Assembly: GCA_041690395.1 (NCBI GenBank)
Contig: JAWLHJ010000006.1
Location: forward strand, 6,530-70,529
DNA length: 64,000 nt
Direction of reading: 5' to 3'
From: Longimicrobiales bacterium
GTDB lineage: Bacteria > Gemmatimonadota > Gemmatimonadetes > Longimicrobiales > Gaopeijiaceae
The first letter of the stretch is position 1. Each line of letters opens with the position of its first letter. This document shows, in pieces, positions 38,025-47,691 of this stretch. Below the pieces are notes generated by a model. The model was given only the letters and a program-made list of their open reading frames with translations, had not been told where the DNA came from and made no database searches. The translations under genes were made by a program, and so were the position numbers.

Positions 38025-38267
38025 ATGAACAACGCCCCCGCGAAGTTGAGCGGGACCCTAACCTTGTCAAACGGAGGGCCCGCCTTGGGCTGCACAGCCG
38101 CCGCCGTAGCCGCCGCCATCGCCTCCTTCGTCGCGCTGGTGCTCGTCGGGATCGTCCTCGAAAGCGCGGAACCCTACATGAGTGCCATCGTCATCCTGCT
38201 CACGCTCATCTTCATCTGCGTCTTCATTATCATGCTGATCGAACTCTTCCGCCCCCGATCGTGGTGA
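38025..38267 (+). CDS. Small membrane protein
   Basis: Two hydrophobic helices. Confidence 0.5.
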   Translation: MNNAPAKLSGTLTLSNGGPALGCTAAAVAAAIASFVALVLVGIVLESAEPYMSAIVILLTLIFICVFIIMLIELFRPRSW

Positions 38268-38647
38268 TGCTTGCGTAAATCAGCATTATGACAAGCGAGA
38301 GAGTAGCACGGACTCCGACGAGCGCGACCGCTTCGCCACCGCTGTCGAACGCCTTGGCGAGATGCTCGAAGCGCGCGAGCGACACGTCCCCGATTGGGTC
38401 GGACGGGCTGTCCTCGATCACATGAGCTTCGGCGTGGAGAACCTGTCGCACTGCATCGAACACCCCGAGGGCCGCGTCTCGTGGGACTTCCCCTTCGTGG
38501 AGCTGAGCGGCTCACGATGTTCGATGCGGCGGGCCTGGGTCAACTGAAGGGTCTGAACCTTCCTCCACTATCGATGGAGATGAGGTGGAGTCGGCGGGGA
38601 ATGGGAGCCGAGCAGGTCGCAATTGGCGTGGGCGAACGGAGGGCTAG

Positions 38648-39427
38648 ATGACCAACTCGCCGCCTGATGGACTGACACCTGCCGAGGTGGCCGAGCTGAA
38701 AGAGCTAGCTCGTCAGGGAATCTTACCTGCACTCCGATCAGCAGCGAAAGAGAGCACCTCCCCCTATTACTGGTATGACAGCCGGGCGGAGCAGGGCGCG
38801 AGGATGCTTGGCGGGGGAACGATGTGTGTGGTCGACACTGGTGAGCGATTGATCGGCGTGACGAACCAGCACATTCATAGCCAAGCGCTTGCCGCATGGG
38901 TTGACCCGGATCTGGCTCTTCAAGTGGGGAGCCATAGCTTCGATCCGACGGCCAGACTCATCGATGTGGACGGGTCAGTCGACCTGGCGACCTGCGCGCT
39001 CTCTGACGTTCAAATTGCGGCGATGCGAGTATTTCCACACCACGCACTCCAATGGCCTCCGCCTCAACCGGCTCTCGGTGACCTGCTCCTGGTGGGAGGT
39101 TGGCCGTGGCGGATGGTCGAAGAAGACGTACACAAGTCACACCACGATTTCCTGAACTTCATTGGGAGAGCGAACGTCGTCTCGGAGCGCCATGTCGGTA
39201 TGAGGACCTATACCTCCTCGAGCGTTCCCTGGGGCGGGCGGGCGTTGCCGCCTGGGACGAACCTCGGGGGCATGAGCGGTGGCCCAGTCTATCGAATCGA
39301 CTTGGACTCGATGGTGCCACTGACATTCGTGGGTATCATCTATGAATACTCGCCTGGTTTCGAGCAGGTATTCTCTGTTCCGCTTCGGCGCGTCCGCGCT
39401 GACGGGTCGATTGAGCGCTCTCTTTGA
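38648..39427 (+). CDS. Trypsin-like serine protease domain protein
   Basis: Catalytic-triad-like motifs GVTNQHI (His), VDLA (Asp), GGMSGGPVY (Ser); no signal peptide. Confidence 0.75.
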   Translation: MTNSPPDGLTPAEVAELKELARQGILPALRSAAKESTSPYYWYDSRAEQGARMLGGGTMCVVDTGERLIGVTNQHIHSQALAAWVDPDLALQVGSHSFDPTARLIDVDGSVDLATCALSDVQIAAMRVFPHHALQWPPPQPALGDLLLVGGWPWRMVEEDVHKSHHDFLNFIGRANVVSERHVGMRTYTSSSVPWGGRALPPGTNLGGMSGGPVYRIDLDSMVPLTFVGIIYEYSPGFEQVFSVPLRRVRADGSIERSL

Positions 39428-39480
39428 ATATCGGTGACAGGCCAAGAGGATGCGGTCTTTAAGCCTCCAACCTGATACCT

Positions 39481-40659
39481 ATGGAAAAGAAGGAGACAAC
39501 GAGGGAGCGGATCCTCAAGGCCAGGCTTCCTGAGACTGAGATCGGAATCGAAGGGCACGGGCGATCACGATTCGCGGTTCTCTCAGCTGCGGATGTCGCT
39601 TACATGCGCACCCAGCTGGACGAACTCGCACCGGTAGACTTTGCGATTCAGTTGCTTGCGCACCAAGCCCGAGGTCGACTGGGTCCAGAGGCCTTGGGTG
39701 TTCTCCCTCGACCGACGTTGCTCCGCATCGCTCGAACGTGGGGGAGTCACCCGGGGACCCTGGCCGCCGACCCCTCTGCGATCCGCCGATTCTCGGATTT
39801 CCAGGCTGTAGCGAAAGCTTGGCTTAAGGACTGGGACACGAAGATCCTCCGTCTTGAGCAACGGTTCAGGGTGGCCGTGGCTCCTATCCTAGGCACGCAA
39901 GTGCTATCGGACGGCATCCGGCAGCAGATGCGAGCAATCGAGGTGGCAGGGCGGACGCTTAGGGCTCTGAGCCAACCACTGACTCACATTACCGACTCCA
40001 TTGCCGAGTCCTTCACTGCGTCGCTCCCCGACTGGGGACAGGTCCAGCGCGCCTTGCGCGAGGCGGACCGTGGGAAGGAGCACCTCGACGAGATTGGCTA
40101 CGGCTTCGTCGTCTCGGATTGGGGTATCCCCGCTCTACGGGAAATCGCCAAGGAGCGCCCAACTGCTCGCGAAGTACACAGAGCGTTCCTTGCGCAGACG
40201 CGCAGTGCCGAGTTTGCATCCGCTCTCCTCCAGCGTGTCGAAGGATCGCGCACCCTGCAACGTCGGGCCCCGATTCTCCAGCCCGCCTACAACGCACACT
40301 GTGAACGTGAATACGCCCTCTCCGTGCCAGTCTTCTACGCTCAGTTGGAGGGGATACTCACGGACCTCCTGGTCTTGGAGGGGCTAGCGCGAAGGCGAGG
40401 ACACCGGGCCCATAAGCGGACCGGTGGTGAGCTCCGTGGCCTAGGCCCCAAGGCGAGGCACTACAGCAAGGGCGAGTCCGTGATGCGGCAGTTCCTCACC
40501 CAGGAACTGCTCGAGGGGCTCGTTCCGGACCGCAACGGGGTCCTCCACGGATCAAAGACCAGCTACCGGCAGGCCCGGCGTTCTTCGCACCTGCTGCTCC
40601 TCATCGACGTCTTGACCAAGATTACGGTCGCCACAGAACGTGGCTCAAGCCGGAAATGA
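39481..40659 (+). CDS. Hypothetical protein with C-terminal HEPN-like RxxxxH motif
   Basis: YALSVPVFYAQLEGIL...DRNGVLHG. Confidence 0.6.
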   Translation: MEKKETTRERILKARLPETEIGIEGHGRSRFAVLSAADVAYMRTQLDELAPVDFAIQLLAHQARGRLGPEALGVLPRPTLLRIARTWGSHPGTLAADPSAIRRFSDFQAVAKAWLKDWDTKILRLEQRFRVAVAPILGTQVLSDGIRQQMRAIEVAGRTLRALSQPLTHITDSIAESFTASLPDWGQVQRALREADRGKEHLDEIGYGFVVSDWGIPALREIAKERPTAREVHRAFLAQTRSAEFASALLQRVEGSRTLQRRAPILQPAYNAHCEREYALSVPVFYAQLEGILTDLLVLEGLARRRGHRAHKRTGGELRGLGPKARHYSKGESVMRQFLTQELLEGLVPDRNGVLHGSKTSYRQARRSSHLLLLIDVLTKITVATERGSSRK

Positions 40660-40677
40660 GCGATCCAGTCCCACCTG

Positions 40678-41301
40678 TCAATCGGCTAGGTCGTTCAACG
40701 GCCTGAATGCCATGACCTCCTCAGGATCGGCTGTCACGATCCAGAGTGCGTGCTGCTCTTGGACAGCTGACTTGCTGGAGCGAGCAAGGGCTCGGAGATA
40801 CCCCGCGCGCCGGTGGCCCTCCAGCAGATTAAACGGCTGGCCCAGTCGAGTACCCGAGGGAGTCTGAAACCCGACGCGGTTATCCAGCACGACGGGGGGC
40901 GTGGGCCACGTCCCCTCGCGCGTCATATAGGATCCCAGCCACCCGGATCGGATGGATTCCTCGGCCAAGAAGCTCTCGGCGTATCCATCGAGGGGGTCAT
41001 CTTCCTCCGGCCAACTCTTCACGTGTTCGAGAATGCGCCGAGTGACCCACACTTCTCGCGCGAATGAGAATCCGCGGTAGCCAAGCCATGCGTACTCGTG
41101 CGCGTGCACTCCGTGTCTAAGGAACCACTCGACAAGTACCTCGTCTGGGAAGGCGGGAAGCAGAGGCCGCACCCTCCGCAGATAGTCTGCTTCAGGCTCC
41201 GTCGCGAAGGCCCGGCCCTGGTCGATCGGGTAGAGCGACTCCACGAAGTCATGCTCCGATCGATGCCGCTCTTGTGAGTATCGGGCTCCCACGATGGTCA
41301 T
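40678..41301 (-). CDS. Hypothetical protein with ParB/Srx-like LLEGHRR motif
   Basis: GTWPTPPVVL...LLEGHRRAGYL. Confidence 0.6.
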   Translation of the reverse strand: MTIVGARYSQERHRSEHDFVESLYPIDQGRAFATEPEADYLRRVRPLLPAFPDEVLVEWFLRHGVHAHEYAWLGYRGFSFAREVWVTRRILEHVKSWPEEDDPLDGYAESFLAEESIRSGWLGSYMTREGTWPTPPVVLDNRVGFQTPSGTRLGQPFNLLEGHRRAGYLRALARSSKSAVQEQHALWIVTADPEEVMAFRPLNDLAD

Positions 41302-41325
41302 GTCTGTCACCCCACCCTTCACCGC

Positions 41326-42084
41326 TCAGGACCTGGACCGCCAGTATTCTGTGAATCGGGCCCGGTCCTCCCAGAAATAGACGTCCGACTTGTAGGACAG
41401 TTGCTCGAACGTCTCATTGCTGTATCCACTCTTGGCATCGTCAACGAACGAGATAGGCACGATATCGGGATGCGCTTCCAAGACGTCATAGAAGACGTTT
41501 AGAGACCGACGCATGGACGGTTCCGAGGCAATGGCCTGGACCAGGTGGAGGTGTCCGTTTTGTAGGGCGAAGTCGATCCGGTGGGGGACCTGGCTGACTC
41601 CGACGACCTTCTTGTTCCGCTCATACGGAATTCTGCTGTCGTCGAAGAACAGGCGGACCTCTTCCCAGAAACGAACCTTCACCTCCGAAACGAAGCGCCC
41701 CGAAGTTTGAATCGACATAAGGATGGCCTCGGCGAGCCGTAGGATCACCTCGCCTAGCTGGTCCTCAGCATCCACGCCCGTCCATAGCTGCCCTCCGCCC
41801 CAGTTAAGGTCGAATCCATTCGCCGCAACCTGAACTTCCTCCCAAACTCGCTCCTCCGAATCCTCAACCCCGGTGCGGAGGGCGACCTCTCGATGAACCA
41901 GTCCGCTATCTGAGACAATCCACTGGTTGTTGTGGCGCCAAAGATCAACCTCAATCCGGTCGTTCAGGTCGTCCACCAGAGGTAAGACGATACTCCACCG
42001 ATCTCGGCCCGGTCGGACCTCCACCGACGCGCTGAAATGCCCACACAACAGCTCTGCCACATGGTGTTGGGTCAATTCAGTCAT
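41326..42084 (-). CDS. DUF1828/DUF1829-like protein (C-terminal PD-(D/E)xK-like region)
   Basis: IVLPLVDDLNDRIEV...VSDSG; F.EEV..FF...GVSQVPHRIDF. Confidence 0.72.
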   Translation of the reverse strand: MTELTQHHVAELLCGHFSASVEVRPGRDRWSIVLPLVDDLNDRIEVDLWRHNNQWIVSDSGLVHREVALRTGVEDSEERVWEEVQVAANGFDLNWGGGQLWTGVDAEDQLGEVILRLAEAILMSIQTSGRFVSEVKVRFWEEVRLFFDDSRIPYERNKKVVGVSQVPHRIDFALQNGHLHLVQAIASEPSMRRSLNVFYDVLEAHPDIVPISFVDDAKSGYSNETFEQLSYKSDVYFWEDRARFTEYWRSRS

Positions 42085-42563
42085 ATCAGGTCCAACATCT
42101 CCTGAAGCGGCGGTATACCCGTCACCCCACAGAGCTCCAAGAAAAAGGAAAGCGCGCCGTTGACATCGTCATGAGAATAGCGATCGGTAGCGACCGCGTA
42201 CTTCTCTCCGAAACCAGGTCGATGGTAGTGCACGTGTGGTCCCTTGACCGTGCCGCCGCCCAAGCGCCTGGGAATGCGGTGAACCCGGGAACAGCAGAGC
42301 CTCGCCAGCTGAACGTCCCGGTATTTCAAGGTCATTGAAAACTTGTCATTCGAGGTCGCAACTAGCTCGAACGTCTCACGTCCGCCGACCGCGATGAGGC
42401 GGATCCGCATGATCTTGTGGTGACTACGACTAGTATCGCCAGGAGGGCCGCCGTCCGCTCCCGGGTTCCCTAACGGCCGCCATGCGAACTCGGTGGCCCG
42501 TACGACCCTCTTCGGGAGGGCGACCAACTCGTCCACCCGTTCCGCTGTCAGTAGTTCGCGCAA
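42081..42563 (-). CDS. DUF6978-like protein
   Basis: LTAERVDELVALPK N-terminus, LARL...H...GPHVHYHRPGFGEKYA, FFLELCGV; ATGA overlap with the next gene. Confidence 0.68.
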   Translation of the reverse strand: MRELLTAERVDELVALPKRVVRATEFAWRPLGNPGADGGPPGDTSRSHHKIMRIRLIAVGGRETFELVATSNDKFSMTLKYRDVQLARLCCSRVHRIPRRLGGGTVKGPHVHYHRPGFGEKYAVATDRYSHDDVNGALSFFLELCGVTGIPPLQEMLDLI

Positions 42564-43139
42564 GAATCACTCCGGCTGAGTCGCGCGGAAAGTAGGTTCG
42601 AGTCGCCGATGCGGCATCAGCTCGGCTCAACCAGGAGGTTCGGCCCTATCCAGCCTTCGATGACTCATAACTGCGTGCTTGCGACCCCATCCCTCGCAAA
42701 CCTGACGGATCTGACCAAGGTTCCCGACTCCCACCTCATACGCGCCTATGGTGCGCTTCCCCTTCCGAGGAGCCAAGCACGACTCCCTGACCTTCCCTAG
42801 GCCGAAGGCCGACCCGCTCCATCTGTGCGACCAACCTATGGGACCCACGCCGGATGCGCATTAGTACCGATTTTCGGGGTAATCACCCTTCCCCCTCCCG
42901 TACGTTGTGGATGAGTACCGGAAAGAGGGAAAAGCGGTAGCCCGGGCGTTCCAGCCCACCCGCGCGGCGACTTCCGCCGCGCCCCCACGAACACAACACG
43001 GTTGATTGAATCGCCTCGCCTCGGGGCGTGCGTCCTACACGCACGTCCCTGGGCGGCGTGCGTCCATCCGTCACGTGAGCGTGGGCTCGGCTGCGGCTGC
43101 CTCCGACCGGCATGCATCCCCATACCGGAGGACAGACCC

Positions 43140-43700
43140 ATGAAGCTGCACACCAACCCCCAGAGCGCGTTCGTAACGGTCGAGTTCGAGCCCCAGGACG
43201 TGGAGGCCTTCGCGAGCCGCTGGCCGTGCTTCAGCGGCCCCGAGAGCGTCTCATTCACCTTCCAGCGCTCCAGCGGCGACCTGGTGGACATGGAGCCGAG
43301 CGAGTTCGACGGCTCCGAGGCCCTCGCGATGTCCGAGGACGCCTGGGCCTACTACGAGGAGCACCAGGAGCCCGAGCCGCCGGCCACCTTCCGCGAGTGG
43401 CTCACCGGGACCCTGGACGCGGAGCAGATCGAGGACCTGGCCCGCCACGGTGCGGACACGGGATGGCCTGGCATCACCTACACCTCGGAGTGCGTCGAGC
43501 TGTTCGACCGCTACAGCGACGAGATCCGGGAGGCCCTGAACGAGGACGCCGAGGCGTTCGGCTATGAGAGCCCCGAGGCGTTCGTGGCCACCTTCAACCG
43601 CCGCGACATGCTCTGGAGCGAGGACGGCAGGAAGAATCTGCTCGTCTGGTACATGTCGGAAAGGGTGGCCCACGACGTGGTCGAGGGGGTGGAGCGATGA
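43140..43700 (+). CDS. Highly acidic phage/MGE-type protein
   Basis: GGAGG RBS; Glu/Asp-rich; DLARHGADTGWPGITYTSECVELFDRY motif resembling uncharacterised phage proteins. Confidence 0.75.
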   Translation: MKLHTNPQSAFVTVEFEPQDVEAFASRWPCFSGPESVSFTFQRSSGDLVDMEPSEFDGSEALAMSEDAWAYYEEHQEPEPPATFREWLTGTLDAEQIEDLARHGADTGWPGITYTSECVELFDRYSDEIREALNEDAEAFGYESPEAFVATFNRRDMLWSEDGRKNLLVWYMSERVAHDVVEGVER

Positions 43701-43864
43701 GCCGCCTTGTTGAGTGGATCGGTGCGGTCCTCCTGCTCTTGTTTCACCTGTTCCTGGCCGTGGGCAGCCTGATCGTGGGCCTTGTGACCACGGTCCTGAC
43801 CATCGCGCTGATCCTCGCCCCCTTCGTATGGGTGTTCCGTGCGTGCGTGGGGGCGGGACAATGA
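43697..43864 (+). CDS. 55-aa membrane peptide (not in the ORF track)
   Basis: MSRLVEWIGAVLLLLFHLFLAVGSLIVGLVTTVLTIALILAPFVWVFRACVGAGQ; ATGA overlaps at both ends. Confidence 0.7.
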   Translation: MSRLVEWIGAVLLLLFHLFLAVGSLIVGLVTTVLTIALILAPFVWVFRACVGAGQ

Positions 43865-44433
43865 GCCGCGCGCGGAAGCTCCCGAAGGTGCTTAGCCGGG
43901 AGGAGCAAAATGACTTTCTGTCCCAGTTCAACACACGCTACCCCACCCCTCACCGGAACCTCTGCCTGGTCCGCCTCATGCTTGAGGCGGGCCTCCGGGT
44001 GGGGGAGGCGGTGGCCCTGAAGCCGGAGCACCTGGACATGAGGACGTGCCGTCTGATGGTACGGGAGGGTAAGGGGGCGAAGGATCGGGTGCTGTGGATC
44101 GCCGATGGGCTCCGGGACCTGGTGGGCGCCTGGCTGGAGCGCCGCCCCGAGTCCCCCTGGCTCTTCCCCACGCGAGACGGCGAGCGGCTGAGCACCCGCT
44201 ACATGCGCGAGATGGTGAAGCGGATGGCTCGGAAGGCGGGCGTGGCCGAAGCGGAGCGAGTCAGCCCGCACACCCTGCGGCACACGTTCGCGACCGACCT
44301 CTACGCGGAGACGACGAACCTCAGGCTCGTACAGAAGGCGCTAGGACACGAGGACGTCTCCACCACGCAGATCTACACCCACGTGCACGACGGGGAGCTG
44401 GAGGCCGTGTTGAGGGGGGCAAGGCACTGTTAA
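43861..44433 (+). CDS. Short XerC/D-like tyrosine recombinase (catalytic domain only)
   Basis: KLPKVLS, AGLRVGE, GKGAKDR, PHTLRHTFAT, LGHEDVSTTQIYTH. Confidence 0.93.
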   Translation: MSRARKLPKVLSREEQNDFLSQFNTRYPTPHRNLCLVRLMLEAGLRVGEAVALKPEHLDMRTCRLMVREGKGAKDRVLWIADGLRDLVGAWLERRPESPWLFPTRDGERLSTRYMREMVKRMARKAGVAEAERVSPHTLRHTFATDLYAETTNLRLVQKALGHEDVSTTQIYTHVHDGELEAVLRGARHC

Positions 44434-44555
44434 TTGGACGGCTTCGGACTGCGAGAAGAGGCGAGATCCGCGGTTGCGAGAGCGGCGAAAGCCATATTCT
44501 CTAAGACAAGCCGGACGGCGCGGACGGCCCGGACACCATTTCCCCGGAAGAAACA

Positions 44556-45530
44556 TTGGCTCTGACCGAAGAACAGATCGCCGAAGCGACGACGCTTCTA
44601 CGCGGCGCCATCGAGCGTCCCTTCGTCATGTTGGACGAGTACCCGAGGGCGATCGGGGCATGGTTTCGTTTCATGCGGGACCACTTCCCCCTCAGCACCT
44701 TCCAGACCAGAGCGTTCGAAGCGCTCGCTCCCGGAGACCTCCCGACCACCCTTCCACTCGAATCCCTCTTACTCTCTGTCCTGGCGGACGAGGGATGGCA
44801 GGGGTGGCAGTTCGGAGGTGACGCCGACTCTCCCTTTCCGCTCGTCGAGAATCTGACCGCCAGAAGACGGGAGCTTGGCGAGGCCACTGACAGGTTCTTC
44901 GCTAGCACGGTGATTCGTAAGGAAGGGGACGGGTGGCAGATCAGGCACGCGGCGAATCTTCGCGGCCTTACAGAACCCGAAGTGATCGTGGACTGGGACG
45001 ATGACGGTCCGGTGGGTGCCCACACGGTCTACGAAGAGATCGGAAGGGAGTTGGTGGCCCTGATCGAACATCGTGAAGGGCAGCGACCCGGCACCGATCA
45101 GCGGGAGGCAGCCCAACAAGACATCAAGGACTTCCTAGCACGCATATCCGCCCGGGTTGGACGAGGGCGGCCGCCCAGGGTCACGACTGACGAGGTGCTT
45201 CGGGTCTTGTACGAGGAGACCACCGACTTCCTGACGGTCCTGTGGGCCATCGACCAGACTCCCCCGCTCGGTGACGACGTCGTCGAGTTGCTCACCGCGC
45301 TCGGAGCGATGGAGGACCACGAGGGATGGGCTGTACGACTCGCGGTTCCGGGGCTCTCATCCCGCGAGCTTCGATGGGTGTCCGCGTCCCGAGGGCAGCG
45401 TTGGTTCACGCCGCGACGTCTGTCGATTCTCGTCCTGGCTCACCGTCTTGGACTAGAGCCTCCGCATGTCGCCCGTCGGCTCGTCGGCGCGGACGAAGAG
45501 CAGGAGTTTCTCGGCCGCGCCCACCTCTAG
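44556..45530 (+). CDS. Hypothetical protein
   Basis: 324-aa ORF co-oriented with the element backbone; no recognisable motif. Confidence 0.6.
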   Translation: MALTEEQIAEATTLLRGAIERPFVMLDEYPRAIGAWFRFMRDHFPLSTFQTRAFEALAPGDLPTTLPLESLLLSVLADEGWQGWQFGGDADSPFPLVENLTARRRELGEATDRFFASTVIRKEGDGWQIRHAANLRGLTEPEVIVDWDDDGPVGAHTVYEEIGRELVALIEHREGQRPGTDQREAAQQDIKDFLARISARVGRGRPPRVTTDEVLRVLYEETTDFLTVLWAIDQTPPLGDDVVELLTALGAMEDHEGWAVRLAVPGLSSRELRWVSASRGQRWFTPRRLSILVLAHRLGLEPPHVARRLVGADEEQEFLGRAHL

Positions 45531-45660
45531 AAATAGTAGACAGGGGGCAGTAAATCGCCGATTTCCTGACCTCTTTTCTGGCGTCCTCACTGGGCACCTT
45601 CCATGTGCGTACCAACGCCCACACCGGGCTCGGACGTTCATCGAACATGGAGGGCACAGC

Positions 45661-47115
45661 ATGCCCAGCTGCAATATCAACCACACCGACACCCTCATCG
45701 AGATCGGTCGCGAGGCCGACCTCTGGCATACACCGGACCACCGAGCGTTCGCGACCCTCGAAGTCGGAGGAGTACGGCAGAACCTGGAGGTAGAGGGGAA
45801 GCAGTTCCACCAACGCCTCGCCCGGGCGTTCTACGAAAGGGAGGGCACGGCAGCATCCTCCGACGCTCTGAAGCGAGCGATAGAGGTGCTCAGCGCGGAT
45901 GCCGTGTTCCAGGGCTCCCAACATGAGGTCCACGTCCGGGTGGGGGGGCAGGACGGGAAGGTCTACATCGACCTCGGAGACCCCGAATGGCGAGCCGTCG
46001 AGATCAAGAGCGACGGCTGGAAGGTCATCAAGAACCCACCCGTGCGGTTCTGTCGCTCCCCGGGGATGCGTCCGTTTCCGGAGCCACAACACGGCGGCGA
46101 TCTCAACGAACTCCGACCCTTCGTCAACGTCCGCGGAGAGGACGACTTCATCCTCACGGTTGCGTGGCTCCTCGGTGCGCTACGCACGTCCGGACCATAC
46201 CCCGTGGCACTCATCCAGGGGGAGCAGGGATCAGCCAAGAGCACACTTACAAAGGTGCTCCGAGCCTTGACCGATCCGGCCACCCCAACGCACGGCACGA
46301 CCCCGAGAAGCGAGCGGGACCTGGCGATCTCGGCCCACAACTCGTGGGTCCAGGCATTTGATAACCTCTCCGGAGTCAGCGACTGGCTGTCCGACGCGTT
46401 CTGCCGGCTGGCCACGGGCGGGGGCTTCAGAACCAGGAAGCTCTACTCAGACACTGATGAAACCATCCTCCAGCTCTGTAGGCCGCAGATCCTGAACGGC
46501 ATCGAAGACCTCGCGACACGGGACGACCTGCGTGACCGAGGTCTCCTCTTCGACCTCCCGGTCATTCCCAGCACCAAGCGTCAGAGAGAGAAGACGTTCT
46601 GGGCGGAATTTGACCTCGTGCGCCCACGGCTCCTCGGTGCTCTTCTCGATGCAGTCAGCCAGGCGCTTCGTGGGGAGTCGAGTGTCCACGTTGACCGCCT
46701 TCCCAGGATGGCGGACTTCGCTGCATGGATCATCGCGGCGGAGCCAGTCCTTCCTTGGGAACGTGGGGATTTCCTCCGTGCGTATGAACGCAACCGGAAG
46801 GAGGCGCTCTCGCTGGTCCTTGATCACGAGCCGCTCGCGCGGTGCATGCAGCAGTTTGCACAGCACCACAGGGAGTGGGCGGGGACCGCCACTCAGCTGC
46901 TCGAGGCTGTCCGGCGGGAGCCGGGAGGCGAACGGCTGCCCGATGGTCCAGCAGCCCTGTCCCAGACGCTGAAGAGGTTGGCCCCGGCCCTCCGGGAGGT
47001 GGGAGTTCACGTCACCTGGCATCGAGACAACACACCCGCGAGGACCCGGAAGATCGTCGTCCAGGCCGTCCATGTCGTCCATGAAGCTGAGGCGACTGAG
47101 GGGGTGACAGTCTGA
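45661..47115 (+). CDS. Replication-associated P-loop ATPase/helicase of integrative elements
   Basis: Walker A GEQGSAKS, FDNLS, LATGGGFRTRKLYSD, ILNGI, DLRDR, LPRMADFA. Confidence 0.8.
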   Translation: MPSCNINHTDTLIEIGREADLWHTPDHRAFATLEVGGVRQNLEVEGKQFHQRLARAFYEREGTAASSDALKRAIEVLSADAVFQGSQHEVHVRVGGQDGKVYIDLGDPEWRAVEIKSDGWKVIKNPPVRFCRSPGMRPFPEPQHGGDLNELRPFVNVRGEDDFILTVAWLLGALRTSGPYPVALIQGEQGSAKSTLTKVLRALTDPATPTHGTTPRSERDLAISAHNSWVQAFDNLSGVSDWLSDAFCRLATGGGFRTRKLYSDTDETILQLCRPQILNGIEDLATRDDLRDRGLLFDLPVIPSTKRQREKTFWAEFDLVRPRLLGALLDAVSQALRGESSVHVDRLPRMADFAAWIIAAEPVLPWERGDFLRAYERNRKEALSLVLDHEPLARCMQQFAQHHREWAGTATQLLEAVRREPGGERLPDGPAALSQTLKRLAPALREVGVHVTWHRDNTPARTRKIVVQAVHVVHEAEATEGVTV

Positions 47116-47330
47116 TGAGCTACTTCTACCCCAAGCCTGGCGGACTCTCCTTCGAAGAGCGGGTCTCCGCCGCGGCGAAGGACCAACGGGCCGTCATCCA
47201 GGCCCTCGGCCGAGAGCACATGACGAACATCTGCCTGCTCCACCGGGAGTGGTGCGGATGGGATCGAGGCGAAAGCTGCTCCTGCGACGTGATCACGATC
47301 ATTCACCCACCGACCCATGCTTCCCGCTGA
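47115..47330 (+). CDS. Small Cys/His protein
   Basis: Coupled start/stop; HREWC...CSC motif. Confidence 0.5.
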   Translation: MSYFYPKPGGLSFEERVSAAAKDQRAVIQALGREHMTNICLLHREWCGWDRGESCSCDVITIIHPPTHASR

Positions 47331-47691
47331 CCTGCCTCCGTCCTGGTTCCAGCTCGCCGAGCAGCAGGAGAAGCTCGGTGCCCCCGCGCAGGCGTGTACA
47401 CTGCGCTTCTGTGCGGGGGAGTTGGAGCGGGCTTTAGAAGACCACCGGGGAGAGACGCTCAACCTCCAACAAGCCGCCGAGGAGTCCGGCTACTCCGCCG
47501 ACCACCTGGGCAGGCTCGTGCGTGAGGGAACGATCCCCAACGCAGGACGACACGGCGCACCACGCATCGCTCGCCGCGACCTCCCGATAAAGCCGCCCTC
47601 ACCTGAGCCCCCGGTGGCGAAGCGGGAGCCACGTCGCGAGACTACGAATGAGCAGATCGTGCAGTGCATCATAGCCGAAGGAGTTGGCTGA
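47317..47691 (+). CDS. HTH DNA-binding protein, excisionase-like
   Basis: TLNLQQAAEESGYSADHLGRLVREGTIP; immediately upstream of the integrase. Confidence 0.75.
   Translation: MLPADLPPSWFQLAEQQEKLGAPAQACTLRFCAGELERALEDHRGETLNLQQAAEESGYSADHLGRLVREGTIPNAGRHGAPRIARRDLPIKPPSPEPPVAKREPRRETTNEQIVQCIIAEGVG

Noticed and set aside
38288..38651. Short ORFs between the membrane gene and the protease
   Set aside because: No recognisable motif or RBS; they may be gene debris, but this cannot be supported.
43861..44433. Integron integrase serving the attC-like repeats
   Set aside because: Only ~190 aa, with no visible IntI-specific insertion before the HxLRH motif, and it lies >20 kb from the repeats.
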